The position numbers were made by a program, and so were the translations under genes. A model generated the notes under the pieces. The model was not told the origin of the DNA and ran no database searches. It saw nothing but the letters and a program-made list of their open reading frames with translations. Of a stretch of DNA of 64,000 nt, positions 1-21,831 are shown in pieces (within the stretch, counting starts at the first letter, position 1; every line of letters begins with the position of its first letter). Source of the DNA: the human T2T-CHM13v2.0 reference genome, Homo sapiens; the NCBI RefSeq assembly GCF_009914755.1, contig NC_060931.1; one strand, written 5' to 3'.

Positions 1-117
1 ACTCCTGTGCTGATGAGTAGTGGCATCACGCCTGTGAATAGCCACTGCACTTCAGCCTGGGCAACATAGTGAGACCCTGTCTCAAAACAAAACAAAAGCA
101 AAAGCAAAAAGAGAAAC

Positions 118-543
118 AAATTGACCTTTCCAGTCTTGAAATTTGAGAAAGTGACATTTGCCTTATCTGAGTTCCTTTCTCAGGAAATCAACCATCAAGC
201 CTCCCAGATGGTATCAAGGAACTGAAACTTACCAGATCACTGCATTTGGACAATGAGATGCAGAACCCCTCATCTGTCATAATGGCCTAACAGACCACCT
301 GCTGCCTGTTGATCAACTCCTCTTCCTTACCCCTCCCTAATTCCTGTTTTACTGCATGTAGTTACATTTCTTCCTTCCTATATAAACCTCTAATTTTAGT
401 TGGTCAGGGAGACAAATTTGAAACTGATCTCCCATCTCCTTGGCTGGAGCACCCAATTAAAGCCTTCTTCCCTGGCACTACTGATTGGCTTTCTGTGCAG
501 CAAGCGGCAGGACCTACACCAAACCCCTGGCATTTTGGCAACA
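118..543 (+). mobile_element. ERV1 solo LTR, MER39/MER34-like
   Basis: LTR architecture: TATAAA (381-386), ATTAAA (456-461), terminal ...ttggcaaca. Resembles the recalled MER39 consensus; subfamily uncertain. Confidence 0.65.
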
Positions 544-732
544 GCACTGGTCATGCTAGGGAAAAAGTTCAAGATCTCAACTTCCAAGACCCAGGGAAGC
601 CTCTCACAATTTCTAAAGGGCAGGGCAGAAGAGATCTTTGAAAGTGAATCTGAATGAGAATAAAAGTGCAGTTTCACTTTAAATTTTCCAAAAAGCTTAT
701 TAAATTGGTATTTTCATATGCTTTTGAAAACT

Positions 733-7131
<6,399 letters not shown>

Positions 7132-7393
7132 TGAAGTAGATTTTTAAAAGCTTGCATCTTGTCCATTTAAGTGTTTAAATACTAAAATAATTCTTCCCAA
7201 TTACATCCCAAGTGTTAGCAAAAATTTTTCAGGTGTTTACAAGTACAGGCCCTGTTCTAAGCACTCTTCATATGGACTTATTCAGTTCTCCTGACAACTC
7301 CCTAACCCTACCACAGACACAGGCAGAGAAAAGAAAGGGAGTTAGGAAGTTGTCTAGAAACACAAGCCATAGTTTAATAAACATAAGAGTGGT

Positions 7394-7399
7394 TTTATT
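7394..7399 (-). terminator. SBDS: SBDS polyadenylation signal AATAAA (a second candidate at 7465-7470)
   Basis: tttatt on + strand about 650 nt past the stop codon. Confidence 0.7.
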
Positions 7400-8043
7400 G
7401 ATTACATACAATTTTAGCTATATTAATATATATTATAAACTTTAAGAATTAGAAATAAGTGACTTTTATTTTTTAACCAAGAATAATCTAAGTTATGGCA
7501 GCATGTTCAATGAAAGGTAAGTCCGGCACAATTTTTCTATATCTGTTTCTCAGATAATCAGGAACATCATCCAAGCTTTACATTACGATACCATAATGAC
7601 CCTCAGAACACAAGTTCCATTAAGTAGAAATGAAGCATCATATGTTTTCTTTTTTAGGAAAGACCCCCCCTTTTGTTGTATAGACATACCCCTAATAATC
7701 TTACTCTACTGTACAAATAACTTTTCACCCACAAGAGCTGCCTCAAGTAACTTTCATTTTGGAAAGCTATCAAGGCATGAGACAGAGTAGCAAAATGCCA
7801 CTCTGGACTTTGCATCTTGGAGTTTCAATTTTGCTTTAGGATTTAGACCCCAGTTTATAATTAAAACCAAATCATTCCCACATTATTATACTTATGTAGG
7901 AAAGCCTTGCTGTGTCCACTGTTAACACAAAGATAGAAAATGTCAAATAGTTTAAGCAAGTATTTGGCAGACCACAGACATGAAACAGTGCCGTCGGAAA
8001 CGGAAACACTTTAGTGTTTTAGAGGTGAAGAGATTGATGGGTG

Positions 8044-8181
<138 letters not shown>

Positions 8182-8450
8182 TTAACGTAGCAGATTACCA
8201 CATGAGGATGAGCAAGACACAGAATAAACTCAGCTTTAACTTCCTTTGAGGCAAGCACAATGCTGTCCAGATCTCTAATAATACCACAGTTCTATGGTGC
8301 AATAGATAAGACAATGGGTAGGGCGGCACACTGGGTTCCAGTTTAGCCTCTGCCCTCAAGTGTCCATGTAGCCCCCTGTGACAAGGCATTAATCCCTATG
8401 TTTAAACACTTATTCTGATTCTTCAGCTGTAAATGGAAGGGACAAACTAG

Positions 8451-8834
<384 letters not shown>

Positions 8835-8923
8835 TAGAACTTCAAGTAGTGTCAGATGAGTTAGTTCACATCTACAGTGGATACTCACATACTCAACACT
8901 TCTCTACAGCTCATTTACTTTTA

Positions 8924-9286
<363 letters not shown>

Positions 9287-9384
9287 TCAATTTACACTGT
9301 GTTTGAAGCTGTGGGGTGAGGTCATAAGGACATAATGGTTTCGCTGCTTCTTTAAAATGTTCTGTGTTTAGTGTCACCAGGTTC

Positions 9385-10179
<795 letters not shown>

Positions 10180-10407
10180 TAGTGTGCTTTGTACTAATTT
10201 TTGCAAAATTTTTAAGGTAATTGGAATTATCAATCTTCCACTAAAATAGCAATTTTTAAGTGGCTTATTTTAAATAGTTGCTAAATTTGCTAAAATCATG
10301 TATCTAAAACACTACGCATAATATATGACAAAAATAAATGCTGGGAAAAAAATAAAAGGATTTGTGGTAAACAAGGCTGACCAACCTTTAGTCTTAAGAA
10401 AATATCT

Positions 10408-10721
<314 letters not shown>

Positions 10722-10758
10722 TTACAACATCTAAATGTTTGCTACAAATTTATTACTA

Positions 10759-10974
<216 letters not shown>

Positions 10975-11054
10975 CTACCAAGACAAAATCGAGAATGCAA
11001 TTTCTTCTACTATATTATTTCATAAGGTTTTCAAAAACAAAGTAGTTTCCATGT

Positions 11055-12170
11055 AGTTGGATTAGGTAATGGTTTCTTAGGTATAACATTAAGAACATAA
11101 GTGACCGTTAAAAAAAAAATAGAAAAATTGGACTTATCAAGAAGAAAAGCTTTTGTGTTTCAAAAAACTATGAAGAAAGTGAAGGCCAGGTGTGGTGGCT
11201 CACGCCTGTAATTCCAGCACTTTGGGAGGCCGAGGCGGGTGCATCACAAGGTCAGGAATTCGAGACCAGCCTGGCCAACATGGTGAAACCCCGTCTCCAC
11301 TAAAAATACAAAAAAAGAAAAATTAGCCGGGTGTGGTAGTGCACGCCTGTAATCCCAGCTACTCAAGAGGCTGAGGCAGGAGAATTGCTTGAATCCGGGA
11401 GGCAGAGTTTGCAAAAAGAGGGCGGGGGGGGTGGGCAAAGAACCTGAACAGAGATTTCTCAAAAGAAGACAGACGAGGCACCAATAAGCACATGGAAATA
11501 TGCTCAAATCATCATTAAGGAAATGCAAATCAAAACCACGACAAGATACCACCAGGATGGCCATCATCAAAAAGGCAGACAATGACAAGTATTACTGAGG
11601 ATGTGGAGAAACTGAACTCTTAAACACTGATGGTGGTAAAGTAAAATGGTGCAGCTGTTTTAGAAATAGGTTTGGTAGTCACCAGGTATACAGAAATGAA
11701 AACATATGTCTACACAGAAACATACAAGAAATTTTATAGCAGCATTGCTCATCATAGCTCAAAAGTGAAAGCAACCCAATGTCTATCAACTGATAGATGA
11801 ATGAACAAAATGTGTTTCTTTCCGTACAGTGGGCTATTATTCCGGCATAAAAAAGAAATGACATGCTGATGCAGGTTACAACATGTATGAACCATGAAAA
11901 GGCCACATATTGTATGATTCCATTTATATGAAATGTCCAGAATTGAGAAGTCCATAACGAGAGGAGATTAGTGGTTGGGAGGGGCCTGTGGGGGGAAAAT
12001 GGGGGATGGCTACTAATGGATACTGACTTTCTTTTTGTGGTGATGAAAATGTTCTCGAACCAGGTAGCAGGGAAGGTTCCAAAACTTTGTTAATATACCA
12101 CTTAAAGTGTACATACTTTATGAGTGTGAAATTTATGGTATGTGAATTATATATAAATTAAAAAATTCAA
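11055..12170 (+). mobile_element. Old L1M (L1MB-like) 3' fragment with an inserted Alu, SBDS intron 3
   Basis: L1 ORF2-end/3'UTR motifs: aaatgcaaatcaaaaccac, gaggatgtggagaaactg, ccacatattgtatgattccatttatatgaaatgtccaga. Confidence 0.8.
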
Positions 12171-12838
12171 AAAGAAGTGTTAAAATGACCCTTTAAAAAC
12201 TCAAGTTTTGTCTTTAAAAGTTTGATTTGGATAGGAAGAAGAAAGTCCTATATACATATTTGTGTTTACTTGAAAAAAAAAAATTACCTATCTTTACAAC
12301 CCCGTCCTTTTCCTCCATCTCTTCCCCAAACCTCTACCCACTTGCTTCCATGCAGACCCATTTTTTTAAATTTAATTTTTTATATTAAAAAATTTAGAGG
12401 TAGGGTACGGTAGCTGATGCCTGTAATCCCAGCACTTTGGGAGGCCAAGGCGGACGGATCACCTAGGGTCAGGAGTTCAAGACCAGCCTGGCCAACATGG
12501 TGAAACCTCAACTCTACTAAAAATACAAAATTAGCTGAGTGTGGTGGCACGTGCCTATAATCCCAGCTACTCAGGAGGCTGAGGCAGGAGACTTGCTTGA
12601 ACGCGGGAGGTGGAGATTGTAGTGAGCCGAGATCATACTACTGCACTCCAGCCTGGGCAATAGAGTAAGACTCTGTCTCAAAAAAAAAAAAAAAAAATTT
12701 AGAGATGGGGCGTCCCTATGTTTCCCAGGCTGTTTCCAGGCCTCAAGCAATCCTCCCATCTTGGCTCCCAAAGTGCTAGGATTACAGGCATGAACCATTG
12801 TGCCTGGCCCCAGACCCATTATTTTAATGATTTCTTCA

Positions 12839-13090
<252 letters not shown>

Positions 13091-13842
13091 CTAAAAAAAT
13101 GCCAACACATTTAAGAAATCACTATCTTTCTCTATCACACACTATTTATTAACTAACCATAAAAAATGAGTAACTGGATGGAGAGAAAATTAAATTTCAT
13201 CCTCTCCAGCTATCAATATGTAAGTAATGGTTTGAGCTTTGCCCAAAAGATGCAAGAATCTTTTGGCTGGGCTCAGTGGCTCACATCTGTAATCCCAGCA
13301 CTTTGGGTGGCTAAGGCGGGCATATCACCCAAGGTCAGGAGTTTGAGACCAACCTGGCCAACATGGTGAAACCCCATCTCTACTAAAAATCCAAAAATTA
13401 GCCAGGCAGGGTGGTGGGCACCTGTAATCCCAGCTACCCTGGAAGCTGAGGCAAGAGAATCGCTTGAATCCAGGAGGCAGAGGTTGCAGTGAGCTGAGTG
13501 CAGTGAAGTGCACTGCACTCCAGCCTGGGCAACAGAGCAAGACTCTGTCCCCCCACCCAAAAAAAAAAGGATCTGAAAGATGAAATACTTGAAAACAAAT
13601 TCAGTTTTCAGGTATACCACATTCTATAAATGGGGCAATTTATAGAAAAATGAGGTAATTTAGTAGAAAATCTGATTTCAGGAGGTTTTGGCAAAAAAAA
13701 AAAAAAAAAAACCACAAAAAACAAACAAAACCACCAAGTTCTTTATTATTAGAAGTGACACTGTGCAGTTCACATTATTGCTTGGTTAGTCTTTCCTCCA
13801 GAAAAACAGCCTTTAATGTTTAATATATCTACAAATACGTTA

Positions 13843-14295
<453 letters not shown>

Positions 14296-14799
14296 TAACT
14301 GGGATTACAGGCATGCGCCACCACACCCGGCTAACTTTGTATTTTTAGTAGAGATGGGGTTTCATGTTGGCCAGGCTGGCCTCGAACTCCTGGCCTCAAG
14401 TGAACTGCCCGCATCGGCCTGAGGGAACATTTTCAAAACTCAGAACCGTATTTGCCTTACCATTTGCTCACTGGAGAAAAATGTCATGGGAGGACGTAAG
14501 AAACACAAGGGTGGGGTGGGGTGCAGACAGCTGCTGCCACGGAATGCCAGTCCCTAGATGGCAGCAGTGAAGACACTACGCACTTTAAACTGCTAGGGCT
14601 ACTGAGATCTATGACACCAGATGTACCCACAACTATGACAGTATTCGTAAGACTAGGTTCTCAGCCATCATTATTCTAGGAAAAGGACCACAATTATGAG
14701 ATTTCTTGGCTGCAGCTTTTATGACACCAACAAAACAAAACCCCAAACCAACAACCCAATCCGAACCAACCAAATAAAGAAGAAACCCTTGGCTTAGGC

Positions 14800-15500
<701 letters not shown>

Positions 15501-15559
15501 CCAGACCCACTTTATAATATAAATATTTTTTATAATAGAATTATTTTATAATAAATATT

Positions 15560-16228
15560 TTTATTTACTCACCCTTTTATAATAGAAATATTTTAACATA
15601 AAATGTAGACAAAAAAGTGTAATGAACCTTCTATGTACCCATCACCCCGCTATCAACATTTTGCCATCCTTGTTTTATTCTTTTTTCATTTTTTTGTTGC
15701 TTTTTTATTTACAGTTTTTTTTTTAAGTCAGTCTCACTCTGTCACCCAGGCTGGAGTGCAGTGGCAGGGTCATGGCCCCACTGCAGCTTCGACCTCCTGG
15801 GTTCGAGCGATCTTCCAGCGTTAGCTTCCCAAGTAGCTGGGACTACAGGTGTGAGCGGCCACGCCAAGCTAATTTAATTAAATAAATAATTAAAAAAAAT
15901 TTTTTGTACAGACGAGGTCTCACTATGTTGCTCAGGCTGGTCTCGAACTCCTGGGCTCAAGCGATCCTCCCGCTTCGGCTTCCCAAGTGCTGGGATTACA
16001 GGTTTGAGTCACAGCGCCCGGCCGGTTGGGGGTATTTTAAAGAAACCATCATATGGTTTCAGCATTAAATACTTCAGCCTATAGCCCTTAACAGATACAC
16101 GCGACGAGATTAACTACAATTCCTTAATATCATCTAATAGCGAGTCCATCCTCGGGTTTCCCAAAAATAATGCCTTTCTACAGTCGGTTTATTTCAGTTA
16201 AGATCCAAACAGGCCCACATAGCATTTC
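15560..16228 (-). mobile_element. Old L1M(C/E) 3' fragment interrupted by a minus-strand AluJ-like element, lying between the two promoters
   Basis: atgtacccatcacc...tatcaacattttgcc and aattccttaatatcatc...agatccaaacaggcccacat resemble ancient L1 3' ends; Alu at ~15715-16023. Confidence 0.6.
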
Positions 16229-16239
16229 CCCCGCTCCCC

Positions 16240-16810
16240 GCTCCTTTCCTCTTTTAATTTTCCCATGCCAATCATTTCTCTCTGGGCCCGCCTTTTCCCA
16301 GTCTGAGCCAATCCAAATGGAGGCGGAAGCGCTCCGCCTTCATCGCCTGGAACTCTGGGAGGTGCTTATTTCTGGGCACGCCCCCTTTCCCCTCTGAGCC
16401 AATCGGAGCAGGGCCGAGAGCGCACCGGGCACTGGCTTCCTTTCCCGGAGCTCTGGGCTTTCCTCTGGGCCCACCTCTTCGTCCTCTGAACCAATCAGGA
16501 CCGGCCTGGCAGTGTCATGGCTGCCCACAGGTCTGCAGGCACTCGGTACGCCGCTAACGCGGCGAGGTAGCTCGGTGCGTCTCGCGGTACCAGTGCGAAT
16601 CATCGGGCTATCCAGGTCCGAGATCCTAGTCTCCTGTCGGCTCTGAGGAGGATGGGTAAGGGCACTCGGCGGGCAAGGACCCTGGGGCGGCAGGGGAGGT
16701 AAACGTTTTACTGAGACCCTCTCCGGGCGGAGTGGCGTCCTCGGTCCCTTTCCTTCGGAGACTGTTGCACTTGACAGCACCGGCTAGTCGCCGCTGAGAG
16801 CAAGGAGGAC
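16240..16810 (+). promoter_or_regulatory. TYW1: TYW1 CpG island/promoter with four CCAAT boxes (16268, 16308, 16399, 16491) and GC boxes
   Basis: CpG-rich; repeated tctgagccaatc/tctgaaccaatc, each preceded by an Sp/KLF-type box. Confidence 0.8.
16652..16655 (+). CDS. TYW1: TYW1 exon 1 coding part (ATG G)
   Basis: aggATGG|gtaag; phase 1 fits exon 2 (G+AT = Asp), giving MDPSADTW. Confidence 0.9.
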
Positions 16811-17245
16811 TGATCCCTACTTTTGACCTGGCTTTTGCCTTTTGAGGCTAGGGGGTTAGACAGAAAACTACCCCTCCCACTTTACCTACGTGTATTAGGA
16901 CTTTTGCACCTGTAAAGCCTAAATTTCAGGCCTCGACTTTTGAAATTGCTCCCAGGTTGAACGTTTGAAGCCAGGTCCCTGCATATCTCTCTTAAAAAAA
17001 AAAAAATGAGGTGTAAGGTCAGTTACTTGAGAATCTTTTACAAGTTTAACCGTGAGCCTTTGAAAGTACAGTTAGTAAAAAGAGTGCTTTTACTACTTAA
17101 GCTTTTTTTATGGAGCAAGCACAACAAAACAAAATTAATTTCACATGAAGTATTTTTACTTTGTGTTCCTTCTCTTGCTTCTAAATGCTCATTTCGAAGT
17201 GAAGATACAATTTTATATTCTGTTTTTTCTTTGAGTTAGTGTTAA

Positions 17246-17614
<369 letters not shown>

Positions 17615-17737
17615 TAAATTAGATTTCTTAGCTGGGTTGTTGAATGTAAGGTTGGTTTTATTTTCTTCTTAAAATTGGGATGGATATCTTTGTATATGTA
17701 GCTTTAAATGAAATTGTGTGTGTCATTTTAAATTTAG

Positions 17738-17868
17738 ATCCTTCTGCGGATACATGGGACCTCTTCTCACCTTTAATATCATTATGGATAAACAGGTTTT
17801 ACATTTATTTGGGCTTTGCTGTTAGCATTAGCCTTTGGATTTGTGTCCAGATTGTCATCAAGACGCAG
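17738..17868 (+). CDS. TYW1: TYW1 exon 2 (DPSADTWDLFSPLISLWINRFYIYLGFAVSISLWICVQIVIKTQ), hydrophobic N-terminal segment
   Basis: tttAG acceptor, CAG|gtaagt donor; 131 nt. Confidence 0.95.
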
Positions 17869-18489
17869 GTAAGTGGAGTTATTTTTTTTTTAATGGAGTA
17901 TTTAGGCATCAGATTTTATAGAGGATTTAAATACTAAAAGGAACCTTTAATTACTTTTGTGTTTGGTCTTTAGACATTTTAATGAAATGCCTAAAATAAA
18001 TTTCTTCTCTAAGTTTTTGGAGACTAAGTTATCTTGGATTAAGTTCTTTACTTTTTCTTTGATAGGTGTGTCTCATTTTTAAGATACAGGAAGATTTTTG
18101 TAATGAAAAGTGAACCTTTTATATGAAAAACAAATTTGTTTTATACCTTTAAGGGTCAGTAGTCCTCTCTTTCCATTAATTAAGGATCAGAAAATAAGTT
18201 CCTACTATTATTCTACTAAAATACCTTATAGGATAAAAGTATGTAAAGTTTTTTCTTGGAGGGAAAGGAAATCATGAGCCTTAAAAATGTGGGTCCTGCC
18301 TATTAAAGGACCTTATTATACCAAGGGGCTAATATTTGAGGAATACAACCAGAAAGATTAAGAGAAAAATACAGTGTGTCAGATTAAGAGAAAAATAAAA
18401 TGTGTCAGTATCTGTGCTAATTTTCATCCCTGCTGAAGTTGGGAAACGATTTAGACTTGATGGATTTTGTGTAATTATTTGTCTTCAAG

Positions 18490-18627
18490 GGCAAGAACTT
18501 ACAGGAAAAATCTGTTCCAAAAGCAGCTCAGGATTTGATGACAAATGGTTATGTCTCCCTTCAAGAGAAAGACATCTTTGTGTCTGGAGTGAAGATTTTT
18601 TATGGTTCTCAGACTGGAACAGCGAAG
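18490..18627 (+). CDS. TYW1: TYW1 exon 3 (GKNLQEK...VKIFYGSQTGTAK), start of flavodoxin domain
   Basis: 138 nt, AG/GT. FYGSQTGTA is the flavodoxin FMN-phosphate loop. Confidence 0.95.
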
Positions 18628-19593
18628 GTAAGAAATTTATATGATGCTTTTCCTTTGGTTTCCTGACATTTTAAGAAAATCCCTTTAGCAGTGAACTTTA
18701 GCAGTGAACTGTCCTTTAGCAGTGAACTGAATTGGTCATCTAACCTTCTTTATTCTTTCTCCCAGCCTTTTCCCCTCAAATATTTTTCCATTCTGTGACG
18801 GTAGGCAGGTTTCATCTCCTGTGCCCAGTTAGAGCTGATTGGTGGTGTCTGATGGTCAGTGTCTTGAGGGGGCCTTTGTTCTGAAGTTTGCTTCTGCCTC
18901 AGCAGGCTAGAGAAAGTTGTGAGTCCATTATCGATGCCCATGGGTATGGAAGTAGGGAATAGGGAAAAAAGGATGGCACTAATAGTTCCAATATGGGCCT
19001 GACTTTCACATCACACATCTATGTTTATTTTTTATTTTGTTTTTTGAGACAGAGTCTCACTCTGTCACCCAGGCTGGAGTGCAGTGGCACGATCTCGGCT
19101 CACTGCAACCTCCACCTCCACCTCAAGCGATTCTCCTGCCTCAGCCTCCCGAGTAGCTGGGATTATAGGTGCCTGCTACCATGCCTGGCTAATTTTTGTA
19201 TTTTTAGTAGAGATGGGTGTTTTGCCATGTTGGCTAGGCTGCTCTCAAACTCCTGGGCTCAGGTGATCCGCTTGCCTCGGCCTCCCAAAGTGCTGGGATT
19301 ACAGGCGTGAGCCACTGCACCTGGCCTCACGTCACACATCTATGTAATGAAACTTGTTTTGATTTCTAATAGTGCTAAAAGTGTTAAAGGTAGACACTAA
19401 AGTAAATACAGCTGATATCTAGTTGAAAGATGCTTCCCATTCTCTCTCTTTTTTGCGGGGGAACAGTGTCTGGCTGTAGTGCCATCTAAGCTTCAGTTGC
19501 TTATCTGTGAAATGGTAAATTGCAGATGGTAATAGTATGGTTATCTCAGGGTCACTGTGAGGATTTAGTGATATTATCTGGCATGTACTTTGA

Positions 19594-19827
<234 letters not shown>

Positions 19828-19870
19828 TAAACTCTTGGGCTCAAGCAATCTGCCCGCCTCGGCCTCCTAA

Positions 19871-20208
<338 letters not shown>

Positions 20209-20524
20209 TGAGCCACCCGCCTCAGCCTCCTAAAGTGCTGGGATTACAGGCGTGAGGCACCGCTCCCAGCCAAAAAATTTATTTAATTTTTTTGTAGAGA
20301 CAAGATCTTGCAATCTTGTCCAGGCTGGTCTTGAATTCCTGGCTTCAAGATATTCACCCACCTTGGCCCTCAAAGTGCTGAGATGATAGGCATGAGCCAC
20401 GAGGCCTAGCCAGGTCACAGCTAGTTAGTGCTTTCTAGGAAAAGATTTTAAGGAAGGCTAGCATGAAAATAAATTAGAGGAAAAATCAAGGTCTGTTACT
20501 TTTGTGGACTACTTCAGAGGGTTC

Positions 20525-20543
20525 TACTGCCCTCTTGTGGAAG
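20525..20543 (-). promoter_or_regulatory. Candidate CTCF site
   Basis: Minus strand CTTCCACAAGAGGGCAGTA matches the CCAC.AG.GGGC core. Confidence 0.5.
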
Positions 20544-21023
20544 TTGCGCAGAATAGTACTTCTTAGGTTTTCACTACTTGAGTGCAGATACTTTGCTTCA
20601 TTTTACAGTCGAAGGTCAGTTGTTAAGTTAAACCTTAAGCAGTGGAGGTGGGAAACCTGAAAAAAAGCAAAAAGGTGTCTGAGCAGCCAAAGCAAAGTCC
20701 TTTTAATGTTACTTATAAAAAACCTTTTTCAGAGCCTCTTTATGCATGTTTTTACCTTTTTAAAAAAAATGATCAAAAAGATCAAACGAATACTTGCAGA
20801 TGGTAACAAATCCAGGTGTACAGAAAGTTCATAATGAAATGTACTCTCCAGAAACCTTTTAACTATTTCTATTTTTAGTTCCTCTGATGCTTATGCTGTG
20901 TTTCGAGATTTATCAACATTACACAAAAGTTATTGGCTCTTTATATTAATTAGTTTATACAAACAGCCCTCAAGTCTCAGTGGCTTAATGTTGCTGTCCA
21001 TATCATAGTTGATTTTGGGGTAG

Positions 21024-21222
<199 letters not shown>

Positions 21223-21544
21223 TAGCAGGGACTATAGGCGCCCACCACTATGCCCAGCTAGTTTTTGTATTTTTAGTAGAGATGGGGTTTCACCACGGTG
21301 GTCAGACTGTTCTCGAACTCCTGACCTCATGATCTGCCCACCTTGGCCTCCCAAAGTGTTGGGATTACAGGCGTGAGCCACCGCGCCCAGCCTTTATTTT
21401 TATTTTTTAAGAGACAAGGTCTTGGCCTGGCGTGGTGGCTCATGCCTGTAATCTCAGCACTTTGGGAGGCCGAGGTGGGCAGACCACTTGAGGCCAGGAG
21501 TTCGAGACCAGCCTCGGCAACAAAGCAAAACCCCATTTCTACTA

Positions 21545-21831
<287 letters not shown>

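Noticed and set aside
309-677. Overlapping non-Alu ORFs at the window start
   Set aside because: They lie largely within an LTR relic and show no recognisable protein motif.
16112-16123. aactacaattcc, resembling the ZNF143/THAP11 motif common at bidirectional promoters
   Set aside because: The TCCCA..ATGC half is missing and the site lies in an old L1 relic; too weak to call.
16340-16780. 146-aa minus-strand ORF over TYW1 exon 1
   Set aside because: Non-ATG start and Pro/Arg-rich; expected by chance in a CpG island.
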